From NCBI RefSeq assembly GCF_045037415.1, contig NZ_CP173440.1: a DNA stretch of 64,000 nucleotides; one strand, 5' to 3'. The position numbers were made by a program, and so were the translations under genes. The notes below the pieces were generated by a model, which was given only the letters and a program-made list of their open reading frames with translations, was not told the origin of the DNA and searched no databases. Positions 19,278 through 28,931 of this stretch are shown here, one piece after another. The number at the start of each line of letters is the position of its first letter. The stretch's first letter is position 1. This stretch comes from Escherichia coli. GTDB lineage: Bacteria; Pseudomonadota; Gammaproteobacteria; Enterobacterales; Enterobacteriaceae.

Positions 19278-20522
19278 ATGTCGCGTCTGAACATGGATTT
19301 AATCGAAGCTATTTATTCCGAATCCGACCGCGAACTCACTAATAATGAGTTGTATCGGGAGGTTCAGTCTCGCCTTGCTATTCCAGATGATGCGTTCAAT
19401 GCAAAAGAAAAATTCGGTACGGCGGGTGTTCCCCATAATAAAATTAAACACCGTATTCGCTGGTTTCAACAAACCCTAAAATCCATGAACGTCATCGAGC
19501 GTTTAAGCTCTGGCCGTTCTCTATGGCGTCACTGTCGGAAAAACAAATCAGGCCTATCCGAGGTCAGAGAAGGGGCTTGTTTAGTGGCATTCAGTACAGA
19601 TCTCGGGGTGGCGATTTTAGGCAACTCTACAATGGTGTTACCAGGCAATACCGAGCCGGTCCATCTCTGCCTGACATCTCCACCGTATCCACTCAGAAAG
19701 CAGCGGGATTATGCCGCAGCCTTCAAAAACGACAGTGACTATATTGATTTCATCGTGGAAGCCATTAGACCAATCGCCCGCCAGCTGGTTAACGGTGGTT
19801 CTGTTGTGCTGAATATCGGTCAGGATATTTTTAATCCGGGTCAGCCTTCTCGTTCCCTCTACCCTGAGCGCCTATTACTGGCCTTGTGCGAGAAACTAGA
19901 CCTCTACCTGATGGACCGGGTGCCGTGGGTGAATATGAGCAAACCACCCTCACCGACATATTGGGCCTGCCGTAAGAAAGTTCAGCTGCTGGCCGGTCAT
20001 GAAATGATTTTCTGGCTGACCAATAATCCTGATGCTGTCCGCTCCTGTAACCAGCGCGTTTTGCAGCCCCACACTGAGAGCCACAGCGCGTTGGTTGCCA
20101 GAGGCGGAGAGAACCGTACGACCATCTACGGTGACGGTGCCCATGTCGTGAAACCAGGGGCCTTTTCTCAATCCACTGACGGGGCTATTCCCAAAAATGT
20201 AATAATCCGAGGCCATGCATGTGCTGACACTCGCCGGTTTCATCAGGAGGCTAAACGCTTAGGGCTTCCTGCTCATGGGGCGATGTTCCCTACGGCCATC
20301 CCCGATTTTTTCATACGGTTCCTGACGGAGGAAAACGAGCTTGTTGTTGATCCTTTTGCCGGTTCTCTCAAGACAGGCCTGGCCGCCGAGCGGCTCAACC
20401 GCAGATGGATGTGTTTTGATAGTATTCTGGAATGGTTACGAATTTCAGCCACCGGCTTTTTTTCTGACTTCCCGGGATTTGAGATGAACCCGATTATTGA
20501 TAACGGTGAGTTGTTCGCGTAA
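19278..20522 (+). CDS. N4-cytosine/N6-adenine DNA methyltransferase (beta class)
   Basis: Motif IV LTSPPYP precedes motif I VVDPFAGSLKTG. About 110-aa N-terminal extra domain. Confidence 0.85.
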   Translation: MSRLNMDLIEAIYSESDRELTNNELYREVQSRLAIPDDAFNAKEKFGTAGVPHNKIKHRIRWFQQTLKSMNVIERLSSGRSLWRHCRKNKSGLSEVREGACLVAFSTDLGVAILGNSTMVLPGNTEPVHLCLTSPPYPLRKQRDYAAAFKNDSDYIDFIVEAIRPIARQLVNGGSVVLNIGQDIFNPGQPSRSLYPERLLLALCEKLDLYLMDRVPWVNMSKPPSPTYWACRKKVQLLAGHEMIFWLTNNPDAVRSCNQRVLQPHTESHSALVARGGENRTTIYGDGAHVVKPGAFSQSTDGAIPKNVIIRGHACADTRRFHQEAKRLGLPAHGAMFPTAIPDFFIRFLTEENELVVDPFAGSLKTGLAAERLNRRWMCFDSILEWLRISATGFFSDFPGFEMNPIIDNGELFA

Positions 20523-20590
20523 GCGGCCGTTACGAATAAACATTATTCACTCTGTCTTTTGCGGAGTGAACGATCACAGGAGATGGCGAT

Positions 20591-23500
20591 ATGCCTGACA
20601 TTATCCCGCACCAACAACAGCCGGAACGTCTTCATAAATTTCACTCCCTCAAGGGAGGGCAATACTGGCGCGCAAAAAACGATATTCCTGAGCAATGTAT
20701 TGAACAGGATGAAGTGTTGCTGATTGAGTCGCTCCGCTGGGTTGATAATGCACTCCATACTGTGATCCTCCGCACCCATCCGTCAAAATACGGTAAAGAC
20801 TTTGTTTTCAAATTTACCGATGCTGCTGGCCGTAGCTGCCGCACCACGAAATCGTTTAAAGAGCATCGATTTCTGTTTAATGACTTTCTGGATAAATTTG
20901 AATTTGCAGATGATGGGCAGGATATCCGGAGCCAGGAACTGCTTGCAGCTCAAAACCGGGTTAGCCAGCTGACTCAGCAAATGACCGAAACCATGTCTGA
21001 TCCTGAAGCACTGCGTACGGAACTCCTCGGCAGGGTTGAAGCAAAGAAAGCCAGTTCATCGACGCCAGGCGATGACAAAAAGCAACTTCCTATGGTTATG
21101 GAGCTGTCTTCATCAACTGAGATAGCGTCTCTTGGCACAGCTCTGTCATCAGGTATCGATGAAGCCAAAATAGCACAGCTCCAGCAGGCTGTTGAGTTCA
21201 GACATGAAATCGCACAGGCGCAAATCGACTGGATTAAAGAAAAGAATAATGCGATTTCGAGAGCCGTCATGGCTATTACTCCCTATCTGGAAGAGTCGGC
21301 TGCCGCCCAGCTTGCCATTGCCGAAGAAAGTCGCGAAACGCTGAATAAACTGATGGACGGTATAAAGTCCCTTGACCTCTACATCGGGAAAGATGTGGTC
21401 GTGAACACTATCAGGGAGGGTGAATCAGCACCGCCACACATTCCCTTGACGTTCGTACAGCGTAAGCTGGCCGTCGATGAGGAAACGGCTGTTTTTCTCG
21501 ATATAGGAGAATGGTTTGATTTTGAAAAGTTGCCACTTTTTTTCCATGCATTAAACAACCATCCAGGGCTGGTGGAGCAGATCTTCCCGTCACAGCGCTG
21601 CGTGGTATGTATGACCACTACCCGTCGCTATATTGATTATCAGGACCGTTGGGCTAACTGGGAGCTCAATGCAAAAAACCAGACGGTCTTTCTGATGGTT
21701 CGGGACGGCGAACGGCTGTTCCAGGTTTACTCTGGAGTAGAGTCTCACCTCGGCGCTCATACACTTTTTCCAACCACCGATGAACAGGGAAATATCTTTC
21801 GAGGCATTGACGGTTCGCAGGTTACGTTCAATGACGTGTCATACACTGACAAGCTTAAAGCGCATGAGATGGTTGCTCTGCATTATTACCGGTTTCTTAT
21901 CCTGTGCTGCGGGCTCGACCACCGGCTTAAGCTGTTTGGCGAGTTCTACGACCCTCAGGACCGCTTAAGTTTCGTCTCTATGGCGTTCCAGGAGAAGTAT
22001 TGTCGATTCATTTATGATCATGATGGTACTGGCCTTCTGGACGATCCTGATGCGAAAGTGCGCCCCTCTATTGAGGAGTATATAACCCAGGCCAATAGCC
22101 ATTTGCGCTCAGGTTCAAGAGTGTTTTGCGAGTGGAGAACTGTTTGTACACCAAATACTGCGCCGGGTGTTGTGAAAGTCGATACTAGTACCAGTTACCG
22201 ATCCTATTATTTTACTGCCGATTTCATCAATGATGATGGAATGGCAGTGGCCTTTACCCGCAACAATGAGATTTGCGTGGAGGTTCCGGTCAAAAAAGAT
22301 ATCTTCCGTCGCACCCGGGCTAATGATGTACGTGAATTTAATGCGAAAGTATCTCTCACTAATTTTCAGCGTGATCCGTGGGATGACGCCTGCAGCGTGG
22401 GATTCCTCTGTCTGGACGCGGTTAAAGCCGATGATCTGGATTATTACATCCACAGCCGTTCCAGCCGTAAGAATTTTATGTACTACATAAAGCTCTTCAA
22501 ACGCCTTTCAGCTGTCCTGAGAGTGGAAGAAGAGCAGGAGAAGCCCTATCGGCAAAAGCTCATCAGAGCGCTGGTGGATGGCAACATAGGCACAAAAACT
22601 AATCGTGCTGAAATCGTCGACAAGACAGTCATCACCTGGCGGGCGGACAAAAAAGGTCAGCCGCTTAGTGAAGGAATTGACAACGAGAAAAGCTGGAAAG
22701 CATTACTTGGCATGATGGACCTGATCGCCTGGCGCGGTTTGAGCCATAGAGAGGCTGCAGTGGAGATGGCCATCTCCCGGGGTAGCAAACCGTTACGTCT
22801 TATAGTCACGACAAATGCCAGACTGGCTCTGTATGTTACCCCTACAGCCGAGGAACGTGACGATCGCGTGGAAAAACATAAGTGGGCCATGCTGCTGACC
22901 TTTAAAATGTTAGCAAAAGGTCTGACTCTTGATTCCAGTAAACCTGCGTTGCTAAGCAAAAATAGTGTGTGCGAAACAACCCTCTATGAATGGCCGGAGG
23001 CCAATGAGTGGAAAGGGTTGAAATCAGTGTTCTCCAGCTTTAACGAAAAGCAAAGAGCGTTTGAATATATTGAGACAGGCAAAGAGGACCTCCGAAAACT
23101 GTCTCCGGCTAACCCCTCAGAATTTGAGGCTGGGGTACGTGAATGGATGACGGCCTACTGCGAAATGAATGATTACCGCAAAACCGGGGGCCAGGTGCAG
23201 CAGCCGAGATTGATGATACCGGTAGGCATCTACATTAACCGGGGAGACTGGCAGTATATCTACGTCACTACAGAGAGTGAGGCCGCTGGGTATTCTTATC
23301 ACAACTGCAGCGAACGCCTGAAAAAGGAACTTTTTCAGGAATATGTTTCACGCTTTGCTCACCCGGAAGGAAAGCTCGAACGGCTTGAAACTCGGGGGAA
23401 CCAACTGGCATTGGTCATGACGAACAAAACTCCCGACATCGGCATGTTCTGTGCAGATCGCAATATTGAAATGGATAGCGTGAATTATGGACCTTTATCT

Positions 23501-23971
23501 TACAGTGCCTACAGCCAGCTTCAGCGAATTGAAAACCGATTGATTTTTGTCCTAGCTGAAGCGGAACGCGGGTTACATCGCAGGATTTATATTGCCGATA
23601 ACCTTAAAAGCGACAATGGTGAGTTTATCATAGATGAACTCCTTGGTTCCTCACATCTACAGGCACAGTCTCCCGTTGATGTTTTCGAAGTCATTCTACC
23701 TAAGTCGTTGTCAGAAGGCCCGCTGCCGGTAATGAAATCGAGTGGTGAAATCTACCGTATTCACCACTGGTTTGATATCTGTCCAAAAGGCGCTGAGGCT
23801 AATGTTTCATTGAGCAATATCGAGGCACCAGTAAATAAGGTTACCAGACACAGTTTCGATAGCAGGGAGGCGGCAATCATGCATATCCTGATGCAGAAGG
23901 ATACCGTTAGGAAAAATATCTCCGAAGACAGATTCAACACGCCAGAAGGCGTTGTCGAAAGGTGGTATTAG
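20591..23971 (+). CDS. large protein of unknown function (1126 aa)
   Basis: Single uninterrupted ORF. Coiled-coil-like region at about aa 110-260. I could not find Walker A, nuclease or methylase motifs. Confidence 0.8.
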   Translation: MPDIIPHQQQPERLHKFHSLKGGQYWRAKNDIPEQCIEQDEVLLIESLRWVDNALHTVILRTHPSKYGKDFVFKFTDAAGRSCRTTKSFKEHRFLFNDFLDKFEFADDGQDIRSQELLAAQNRVSQLTQQMTETMSDPEALRTELLGRVEAKKASSSTPGDDKKQLPMVMELSSSTEIASLGTALSSGIDEAKIAQLQQAVEFRHEIAQAQIDWIKEKNNAISRAVMAITPYLEESAAAQLAIAEESRETLNKLMDGIKSLDLYIGKDVVVNTIREGESAPPHIPLTFVQRKLAVDEETAVFLDIGEWFDFEKLPLFFHALNNHPGLVEQIFPSQRCVVCMTTTRRYIDYQDRWANWELNAKNQTVFLMVRDGERLFQVYSGVESHLGAHTLFPTTDEQGNIFRGIDGSQVTFNDVSYTDKLKAHEMVALHYYRFLILCCGLDHRLKLFGEFYDPQDRLSFVSMAFQEKYCRFIYDHDGTGLLDDPDAKVRPSIEEYITQANSHLRSGSRVFCEWRTVCTPNTAPGVVKVDTSTSYRSYYFTADFINDDGMAVAFTRNNEICVEVPVKKDIFRRTRANDVREFNAKVSLTNFQRDPWDDACSVGFLCLDAVKADDLDYYIHSRSSRKNFMYYIKLFKRLSAVLRVEEEQEKPYRQKLIRALVDGNIGTKTNRAEIVDKTVITWRADKKGQPLSEGIDNEKSWKALLGMMDLIAWRGLSHREAAVEMAISRGSKPLRLIVTTNARLALYVTPTAEERDDRVEKHKWAMLLTFKMLAKGLTLDSSKPALLSKNSVCETTLYEWPEANEWKGLKSVFSSFNEKQRAFEYIETGKEDLRKLSPANPSEFEAGVREWMTAYCEMNDYRKTGGQVQQPRLMIPVGIYINRGDWQYIYVTTESEAAGYSYHNCSERLKKELFQEYVSRFAHPEGKLERLETRGNQLALVMTNKTPDIGMFCADRNIEMDSVNYGPLSYSAYSQLQRIENRLIFVLAEAERGLHRRIYIADNLKSDNGEFIIDELLGSSHLQAQSPVDVFEVILPKSLSEGPLPVMKSSGEIYRIHHWFDICPKGAEANVSLSNIEAPVNKVTRHSFDSREAAIMHILMQKDTVRKNISEDRFNTPEGVVERWY

Positions 23972-23980
23972 GGGAGCTTT

Positions 23981-24334
23981 ATGTTTAGCAAGTTCTTTGT
24001 TTTGACCAGTATTGTTGTTTGGATTATGCCGGTGATGACTATCGCTGGCGCAATTTTCCGTAAGGACCTGTTAACCCGAAAAGAATGGATTTTTCTCGTT
24101 TTCTTTAGCATTGTCGGTGCATCCTACGTTTCTTATTCCAGCTGGCAGGACAGGAACATAGGCCTGGTGCCAATAGGGAAAGAATATTTATCTTGCCAGT
24201 TAAAATCGCGTAATGAACCCGACCCCGAAACTTTCAGGACTGTGACCCTTGATTGTGGCGGAGAAGAAAAAATGGCTAAAGAGGAATTGTATGATGCAGC
24301 TGTAAAAGCCGCCATAAAATACGGTTACGAGTAA
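23981..24334 (+). CDS. small membrane protein
   Basis: 117 aa with 3 TM helices; starts 10 nt after the 1126-aa ORF. Confidence 0.6.
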   Translation: MFSKFFVLTSIVVWIMPVMTIAGAIFRKDLLTRKEWIFLVFFSIVGASYVSYSSWQDRNIGLVPIGKEYLSCQLKSRNEPDPETFRTVTLDCGGEEKMAKEELYDAAVKAAIKYGYE

Positions 24335-24410
24335 ATCATCAAGAACCACTTTTCTCCATTTTACCCCTCTGCAATTTTGTATTTCGTTCTATCCACCAGC
24401 ACAGGCCCAC

Positions 24411-24618
24411 GGTCCCGGTAAACCCGGAACCGGGACCTGTGCCGTGAGAACCACTTTAGACGGGTCACATCACTTCAAAGGGAAGCTGTCGCCGTCTCAG
24501 TCACCCGGTCTCAAAATTTTTACAGGCATTCAGCCTGCAAAAACTTTGAGCTGCGGCTTCCTTCTCCGCCCTTTTTCGTTCTGTTTTCCCCGTCTGCGTT
24601 TGTCTCACGGCACAGGTC
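24411..24618. other. long imperfect hairpin / structured intergenic element
   Basis: GGTCCCGG(24411-18)/CCGGGACC(24430-37). 16-bp perfect inverted repeat GACCTGTGCCGTGAGA (24434-49) / TCTCACGGCACAGGTC (24603-18). Inner AGACGGG/CCCGTCT pairing. Confidence 0.45.
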
Positions 24619-24655
24619 AGGCCGCACACAATCCTAAATTGCTGGAGAATACGCT

Positions 24656-25447
24656 ATGAATGCTTTTAATAATCTGTTTAACCGTCACTGTCAAAACACT
24701 CTGCTGGCTCGCGGATGGCCTGCCGATATGGAACTGAACTATTCATTAGCTTACTGCCAGGGAGATGGTGTGGCATTTTACGGCGTGCTGCATGACAAAG
24801 AAATATTGTCCTTATTGGCTGGTCTGGTGAAATATAATCATATCACTGCAAAACTGGCAGAAGAGGTTGCTGAAGTAATCAAAGACAGCGAAACAAAACT
24901 CATCCTTGAACGCAACGGTTTTGGGTACCGATATTCTCATGCAAATACCATCCGAGTCCTGTTAGAAAATTACCCAGAAGATATCGGATATGAAGATCGC
25001 TTTTATGACGTTCTGGATAGTATCCAGGGGAGCATTGAGGAGATATGTAGCACGCTTGAAAATGACGGTTATAAAATCCATGAAAATATGAGCCCTTCCT
25101 ATGCAGGCGACCTTGTTATGTCACGTGCCACAGCTAATTTCGAAATCATTGTAACCGAAAGCGAAGAGGAATTTTGGGACACATCAGATGCCTGGGATGA
25201 TGAATGTAAAGATTTATACATAGCTGATCTTCTTACCGGGAGATATGAACTGAAGAATCTTGAAATAATCGTGAGGGGAAGAACCACAGGAAAGGTATAC
25301 GGACAACATTACGCCGAACTGGTTTCAATTAACAAAAATAGTCCGGTGCGACGTTGGTTTGACCGCGATTGGTTAAGGTTAGCATTTGAGGAAGCGCGGG
25401 TAAAAATTGAAGATAGCCGTAAGGAACTTACAAACATAAGGTTATAG
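24656..25447 (+). CDS. hypothetical protein
   Basis: 263-aa acidic ORF. Confidence 0.65.
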   Translation: MNAFNNLFNRHCQNTLLARGWPADMELNYSLAYCQGDGVAFYGVLHDKEILSLLAGLVKYNHITAKLAEEVAEVIKDSETKLILERNGFGYRYSHANTIRVLLENYPEDIGYEDRFYDVLDSIQGSIEEICSTLENDGYKIHENMSPSYAGDLVMSRATANFEIIVTESEEEFWDTSDAWDDECKDLYIADLLTGRYELKNLEIIVRGRTTGKVYGQHYAELVSINKNSPVRRWFDRDWLRLAFEEARVKIEDSRKELTNIRL

Positions 25448-25459
25448 TTTCTCCAATGA

Positions 25460-25481
25460 GGGGCTGCAGCAGTGCAGCCCC
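25460..25481 (+). terminator. hairpin terminator
   Basis: GGGGCTGCA-GCAG-TGCAGCCCC, 13 nt after the stop. Confidence 0.55.
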
Positions 25482-25893
25482 AACCTTTCAGGTGACCGTC
25501 CCAGGAGTAGTGCGATTCATGGTCCGGTGGGTTCAGAAAACATTGCCAGATAGCGTTTGCTGTCTTCTGCGCCCCTTGCTGTACGAAATCTAAGGCCCGA
25601 ACCATAGCTTTCGTAGCTACGTTTATCCTTGAAAGAACCATTTTCTAACGACATCAAACCATCCACAAAAGCCCAATTTTTGGATTATCGTCCGGAAGCG
25701 ATCGTGCTCAGGATCACGCGGATCCTTTTCTGGATCGTTAAGGGTAAAACCTTTCAGTTAGTTCAGCCTGCTAGTTAACTAGCCTCTCAGAGGCCCGTAA
25801 TCGCTCTCAGAAGCCGTTTCTTAGAAAAATGGTACCTACCTACGTATAATATTTGCGACTAATCCTGGTGTGTTTGACGACCATTCTGCGCTG

Positions 25894-26420
25894 GATCCGA
25901 TCATTACCACTGTTCGAGGTACCGAAACTCAACCACCAGCACTACCCTGCAGAGAGGCAACACCCACTGGTTTTGTTCTTATCATACTAATAAATAACGA
26001 ATTATTAAACTGTATGACAGTGATCTACGTTATGTCTTCGGCATATTTGTTGTTGTTTATTCCGATCTGGGATCCAGCTTCGGTAAGAGTTAGGGGTCAA
26101 ATCCCCTAAAAGGAGACAAATGCTGTGTTTGTAAACGATTTTGTGGGTCCAGCCACTTATCCCCGTTATCCACACCCTATAACCAATAATTGATCCCAAT
26201 ATGATCCTAGATCTAACCCATAAAAACCAAAAGGATCCCCGGCGCTGTATCCAATTGAATTATATAAGAAAATCGACACTTTTGATTAACCGTCGTACGT
26301 GTTTTTGTTAATGTTCATATGGAGTTTCATTAATGCATGAATGATTTTAGTTAACAGTCGTATGCTGGATGATCTACAGTAATGGGATTCAACATTAACG
26401 GTCGTATGTTTAGGATAGGA
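25894..26420 (+). other. oriV-like region (DnaA box, GATC cluster, iterons)
   Basis: TTATCCACA at 26166-26174 with TTATCCCCG just upstream. GATC at 25894, 25899, 26064, 26071, 26192, 26203, 26210, 26234. Three iterons follow. Confidence 0.6.
26285..26408 (-). repeat. three iterons (consensus CRTACGACNGTTAAT)
   Basis: ATTAACCGTCGTACG 26285-99, GTTAACAGTCGTATG 26350-64, ATTAACGGTCGTATG 26394-408. The last lies 12 nt before the rep ATG. Confidence 0.75.
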
Positions 26421-26439
26421 ATGACTGTGAACAAGAAAA
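26421..26439 (+). pseudogene. detached first 6 codons of the rep gene
   Basis: AGGATAGGA SD plus ATG ACT GTG AAC AAG AAA A abutting the IS. Continues in frame as ...INNEIKEQ at 53299 on the minus strand. Confidence 0.7.
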
Positions 26440-26699
26440 CGGAATCTATGGTCACTCCCGTTTTTGCAACACCGATTTTGACGATAAATTGGCTTGCTTG
26501 AATCTATCCGGCGTCTGAATGGGATTTTATTCCCGCGCCTCGATGAGTTCCGCGCCTGATGAACCTCCAGAAAATATACGGCTTCAATGAGCCTTTCCGT
26601 TTTACAGGTTCCTCAACAGGCCGGTGGGCCGTTAGTATCATCAATATCAGTATTCGCAAAACCAGATCAGTGATTCTTTAAACCGGTGTATTTCTGCCG
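26440..26699 (-). ncRNA. candidate seekRNA/bridge-RNA region of copy 1
   Basis: 260-bp non-coding tail 3' of the transposase gene; see copy 2. Confidence 0.3.
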
Positions 26700-27704
26700 T
26701 TATGCTACATAAGTTTGCTGTCGTGCCGTTAGGGCCCAGGCTATTCTGGCCAGCTTGTTTGCCAGAGCACAAGTGACGACAAAGTTGCTTTTCCTACACA
26801 GTAGATCCCTGACCCAATCGGCCAATTTGCCAGACTGGTGTTCCAGTTTTTGTATGAATACCCTGGCACATTGAACCAACAAAGTTCGGATCTTTTTGTT
26901 ACCTCGCTTACTAATTCCCAGCAATGTCGTCCGACCTCCCGTGCTGTACTGTCGGGGTACCAGCCCTGTTGCCGCCGCAAAGTCACGACTGCTGGCGTAC
27001 TGCTTCCCGTCGCCAATCTCAGTTGAAATAGTACTCGCTGTCAGTGTTCCGACGCAGGGAATGCTCAGCAAGCGCTGTCCAATCTCATCTTCGTCCAACT
27101 TTCGTTTCAACTGGGATTCCAAATCTTTAATCTGCTCAACAAGATAGTGATAATGCTGTTGTAATTTCAGCAATAACTGGCTGAGGTATAGAGGCAAACT
27201 ATTGTCCTCAAGAAGGGTACTCAGTCGGCTAATAACGGCAGCTCCTCGTGGAACGCTGATGCCAAATTCCAGCAGAAAAGCATGCATCTGATTGGTTGTT
27301 TTTACCTTATCCTGAACCAGGGATTCACGGACACGATGCAGCGCACGCATTGCCTGCTGAGATTCAGTTCTGGGCTGTACAAAACGCATAGACGGACGCG
27401 ATGCAGCTTCACAAATAGCTTCGGCGTCGACAAAGTCGTTTTTGTTACTTTTAACGAATGGACGGACAAATTGTGGTGATATCAGCTTAGGAAAATGCCC
27501 CAACTCTTCCAACTTGCGTGCCATAAAGTGAGAGCCACCACAGGCTTCCATTGCGATGGTTGTAGCGGGGCATGTCGCCAAAAATTCGATTAACTTTGGC
27601 CGTGTAAATTTTTTACGGTAAACAGCCTTGCCGCGACGATCTTGGCAATGAATATGGAAAGAGTTTTTACCCAGATCGATACCAATGAGCGCAATGTTTT
27701 CCAT
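26700..27704 (-). CDS. IS110-family DEDD transposase
   Basis: 334 aa; MENIALIGIDLGKNSFHIH... N-terminal RuvC-like signature typical of IS110/IS1111. Confidence 0.92.
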   Translation of the reverse strand: MENIALIGIDLGKNSFHIHCQDRRGKAVYRKKFTRPKLIEFLATCPATTIAMEACGGSHFMARKLEELGHFPKLISPQFVRPFVKSNKNDFVDAEAICEAASRPSMRFVQPRTESQQAMRALHRVRESLVQDKVKTTNQMHAFLLEFGISVPRGAAVISRLSTLLEDNSLPLYLSQLLLKLQQHYHYLVEQIKDLESQLKRKLDEDEIGQRLLSIPCVGTLTASTISTEIGDGKQYASSRDFAAATGLVPRQYSTGGRTTLLGISKRGNKKIRTLLVQCARVFIQKLEHQSGKLADWVRDLLCRKSNFVVTCALANKLARIAWALTARQQTYVA

Positions 27705-27771
27705 GATAGTTCTCCGAATGAAAGCCTATCCTCAGCATAGTACCGGGAAGGAGGGAGTGACCATCTCATTA

Positions 27772-28023
27772 AATGTCATCAATCACTACATCAAAACCTG
27801 TGAACATCTCCGAAATGTGATCACATTCTTCAAATTGCTGAGCGGTAGGGTATAGAGCATCGGGAACCTCAAGTTCAGCCAAACATGATTTACCAGACCC
27901 GGTTTCTCCAATAATAAATACAAGAGCTTTATCTTCTGTTTGCTTGAGATATTTAGTAATGACCCCCATGTTATCCTCAAGATTTTTCATTACTAAAGCA
28001 GGTAAGTTTTTATCAAGATTCAT
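27772..28023 (-). pseudogene. N-terminal half of small P-loop protein, truncated by the IS
   Basis: Walker A IIGETGSGKS and Walker B-like FDVVIDDI, then the IS-supplied stop. The C-terminal half is at 54632..54862 on the other strand. Confidence 0.8.
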
Positions 28024-28074
28024 GTTAAACCTCTTATTAAATTTACTGTTATAGAAAAATTGACAACACGGTAT

Positions 28075-28485
28075 TTATTCATTCTTCCAGTACGTTACAC
28101 CATCGTCACAGAGATACCCTGTCTGGTCAGGTTCACCTCCAATAAAAACACCAGCCTGACCTTTTAGTGAAACACCCACTCCCGTCGTGGTAGCACCTTC
28201 TCTTTTTTCTATAACTTTGCAATGCTCAGCTGCAAAGTCTCGCCAGTCCTGTTCCTTCTGGTCGCTTGCCAACACCAAAACCACCAGCACGGACATAACT
28301 CCACACAGGAGTGCAATGCCAGCCAGTCCGGAAGCAAATGTTGTCAGTAAAGAAAAGTCCTTAAACAAAACAGCGCCAAGAACCAATACCACAAGCAAGG
28401 CATAAAAAATTACTGCTCCGTTACTTGTTAATAATGACGTTCCCCAATCCCAAAAGGAATTAACAGTAATTTCACTCTGCGTCAT
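28075..28485 (-). CDS. membrane protein
   Basis: MTQSEIT start after an AAGGTGAG SD; 3 TM helices. Confidence 0.55.
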   Translation of the reverse strand: MTQSEITVNSFWDWGTSLLTSNGAVIFYALLVVLVLGAVLFKDFSLLTTFASGLAGIALLCGVMSVLVVLVLASDQKEQDWRDFAAEHCKVIEKREGATTTGVGVSLKGQAGVFIGGEPDQTGYLCDDGVTYWKNE

Positions 28486-28514
28486 AATTCTCACCTTCAG
28501 TTTAATGGAAATCT

Positions 28515-28922
28515 TCAAACAAAGTCTAAAACTGTGCTGAATTGTTCTGCTTCAGGTAACATCGGCTTCAGCCCACTACGTCTTGCAATGCGAGTAACGA
28601 GTATTAATGTATCGGTCGTATCAGGCAAAGTTATTTGTTTGTGAGAAATTCGGATATCGTCTTCATTAACCATGGAAACATCTACATCGCCAACGCCAAT
28701 GGTGATTGAGAATGTCTTATCCGAACCGTAAAAAAGCACCAGCTCAGTTAATGGTCCACCAGCCCGATAACAAGTCAGGGACATTTTATGAATGCTGCCA
28801 ATATTTGAAATGCAGCTATCAATGAAGTCATCGGCATGCTCGTGCTGAATAAGACGATCTGTAGAGGTAACTCCATACAGAAACTTTAAGTGGTTACCAT
28901 TTGATTGATTGATACCTTTCAT
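28515..28922 (-). CDS. hypothetical protein
   Basis: 135-aa ORF; its stop overlaps the next ORF. Confidence 0.55.
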   Translation of the reverse strand: MKGINQSNGNHLKFLYGVTSTDRLIQHEHADDFIDSCISNIGSIHKMSLTCYRAGGPLTELVLFYGSDKTFSITIGVGDVDVSMVNEDDIRISHKQITLPDTTDTLILVTRIARRSGLKPMLPEAEQFSTVLDFV

Positions 28923-28931
28923 TAATTAGCC

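Larger units (their letters stand above)
26440..27770 (-). mobile_element. IS110-family IS (IS1111-subgroup-like), copy 1
   Basis: About 1331 bp, identical by eye to copy 2. 12-bp subterminal inverted repeat ATGGTCACTCCC/GGGAGTGACCAT. Boundaries +/-4 nt because both lie in T/A runs. Confidence 0.9.

Noticed and set aside
25309-25641. 110-aa minus-strand ORF.
   Set aside because: It overlaps the 3' end of 24656..25447 and reads straight through its terminator hairpin (25460-81). There is no SD.
26431-26450. I expected the IS to sit in a Tn21-type 38-bp inverted repeat. The transposase reminded me of IS4321/IS5075, which target such repeats, and GAAAACGGAA resembles part of that repeat.
   Set aside because: The AAAACGGAAT sequence is shared by both copies and so belongs to the IS end. 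The flanks are a rep gene and a P-loop gene with no Tn3-family repeat. I therefore gave only a family-level call.
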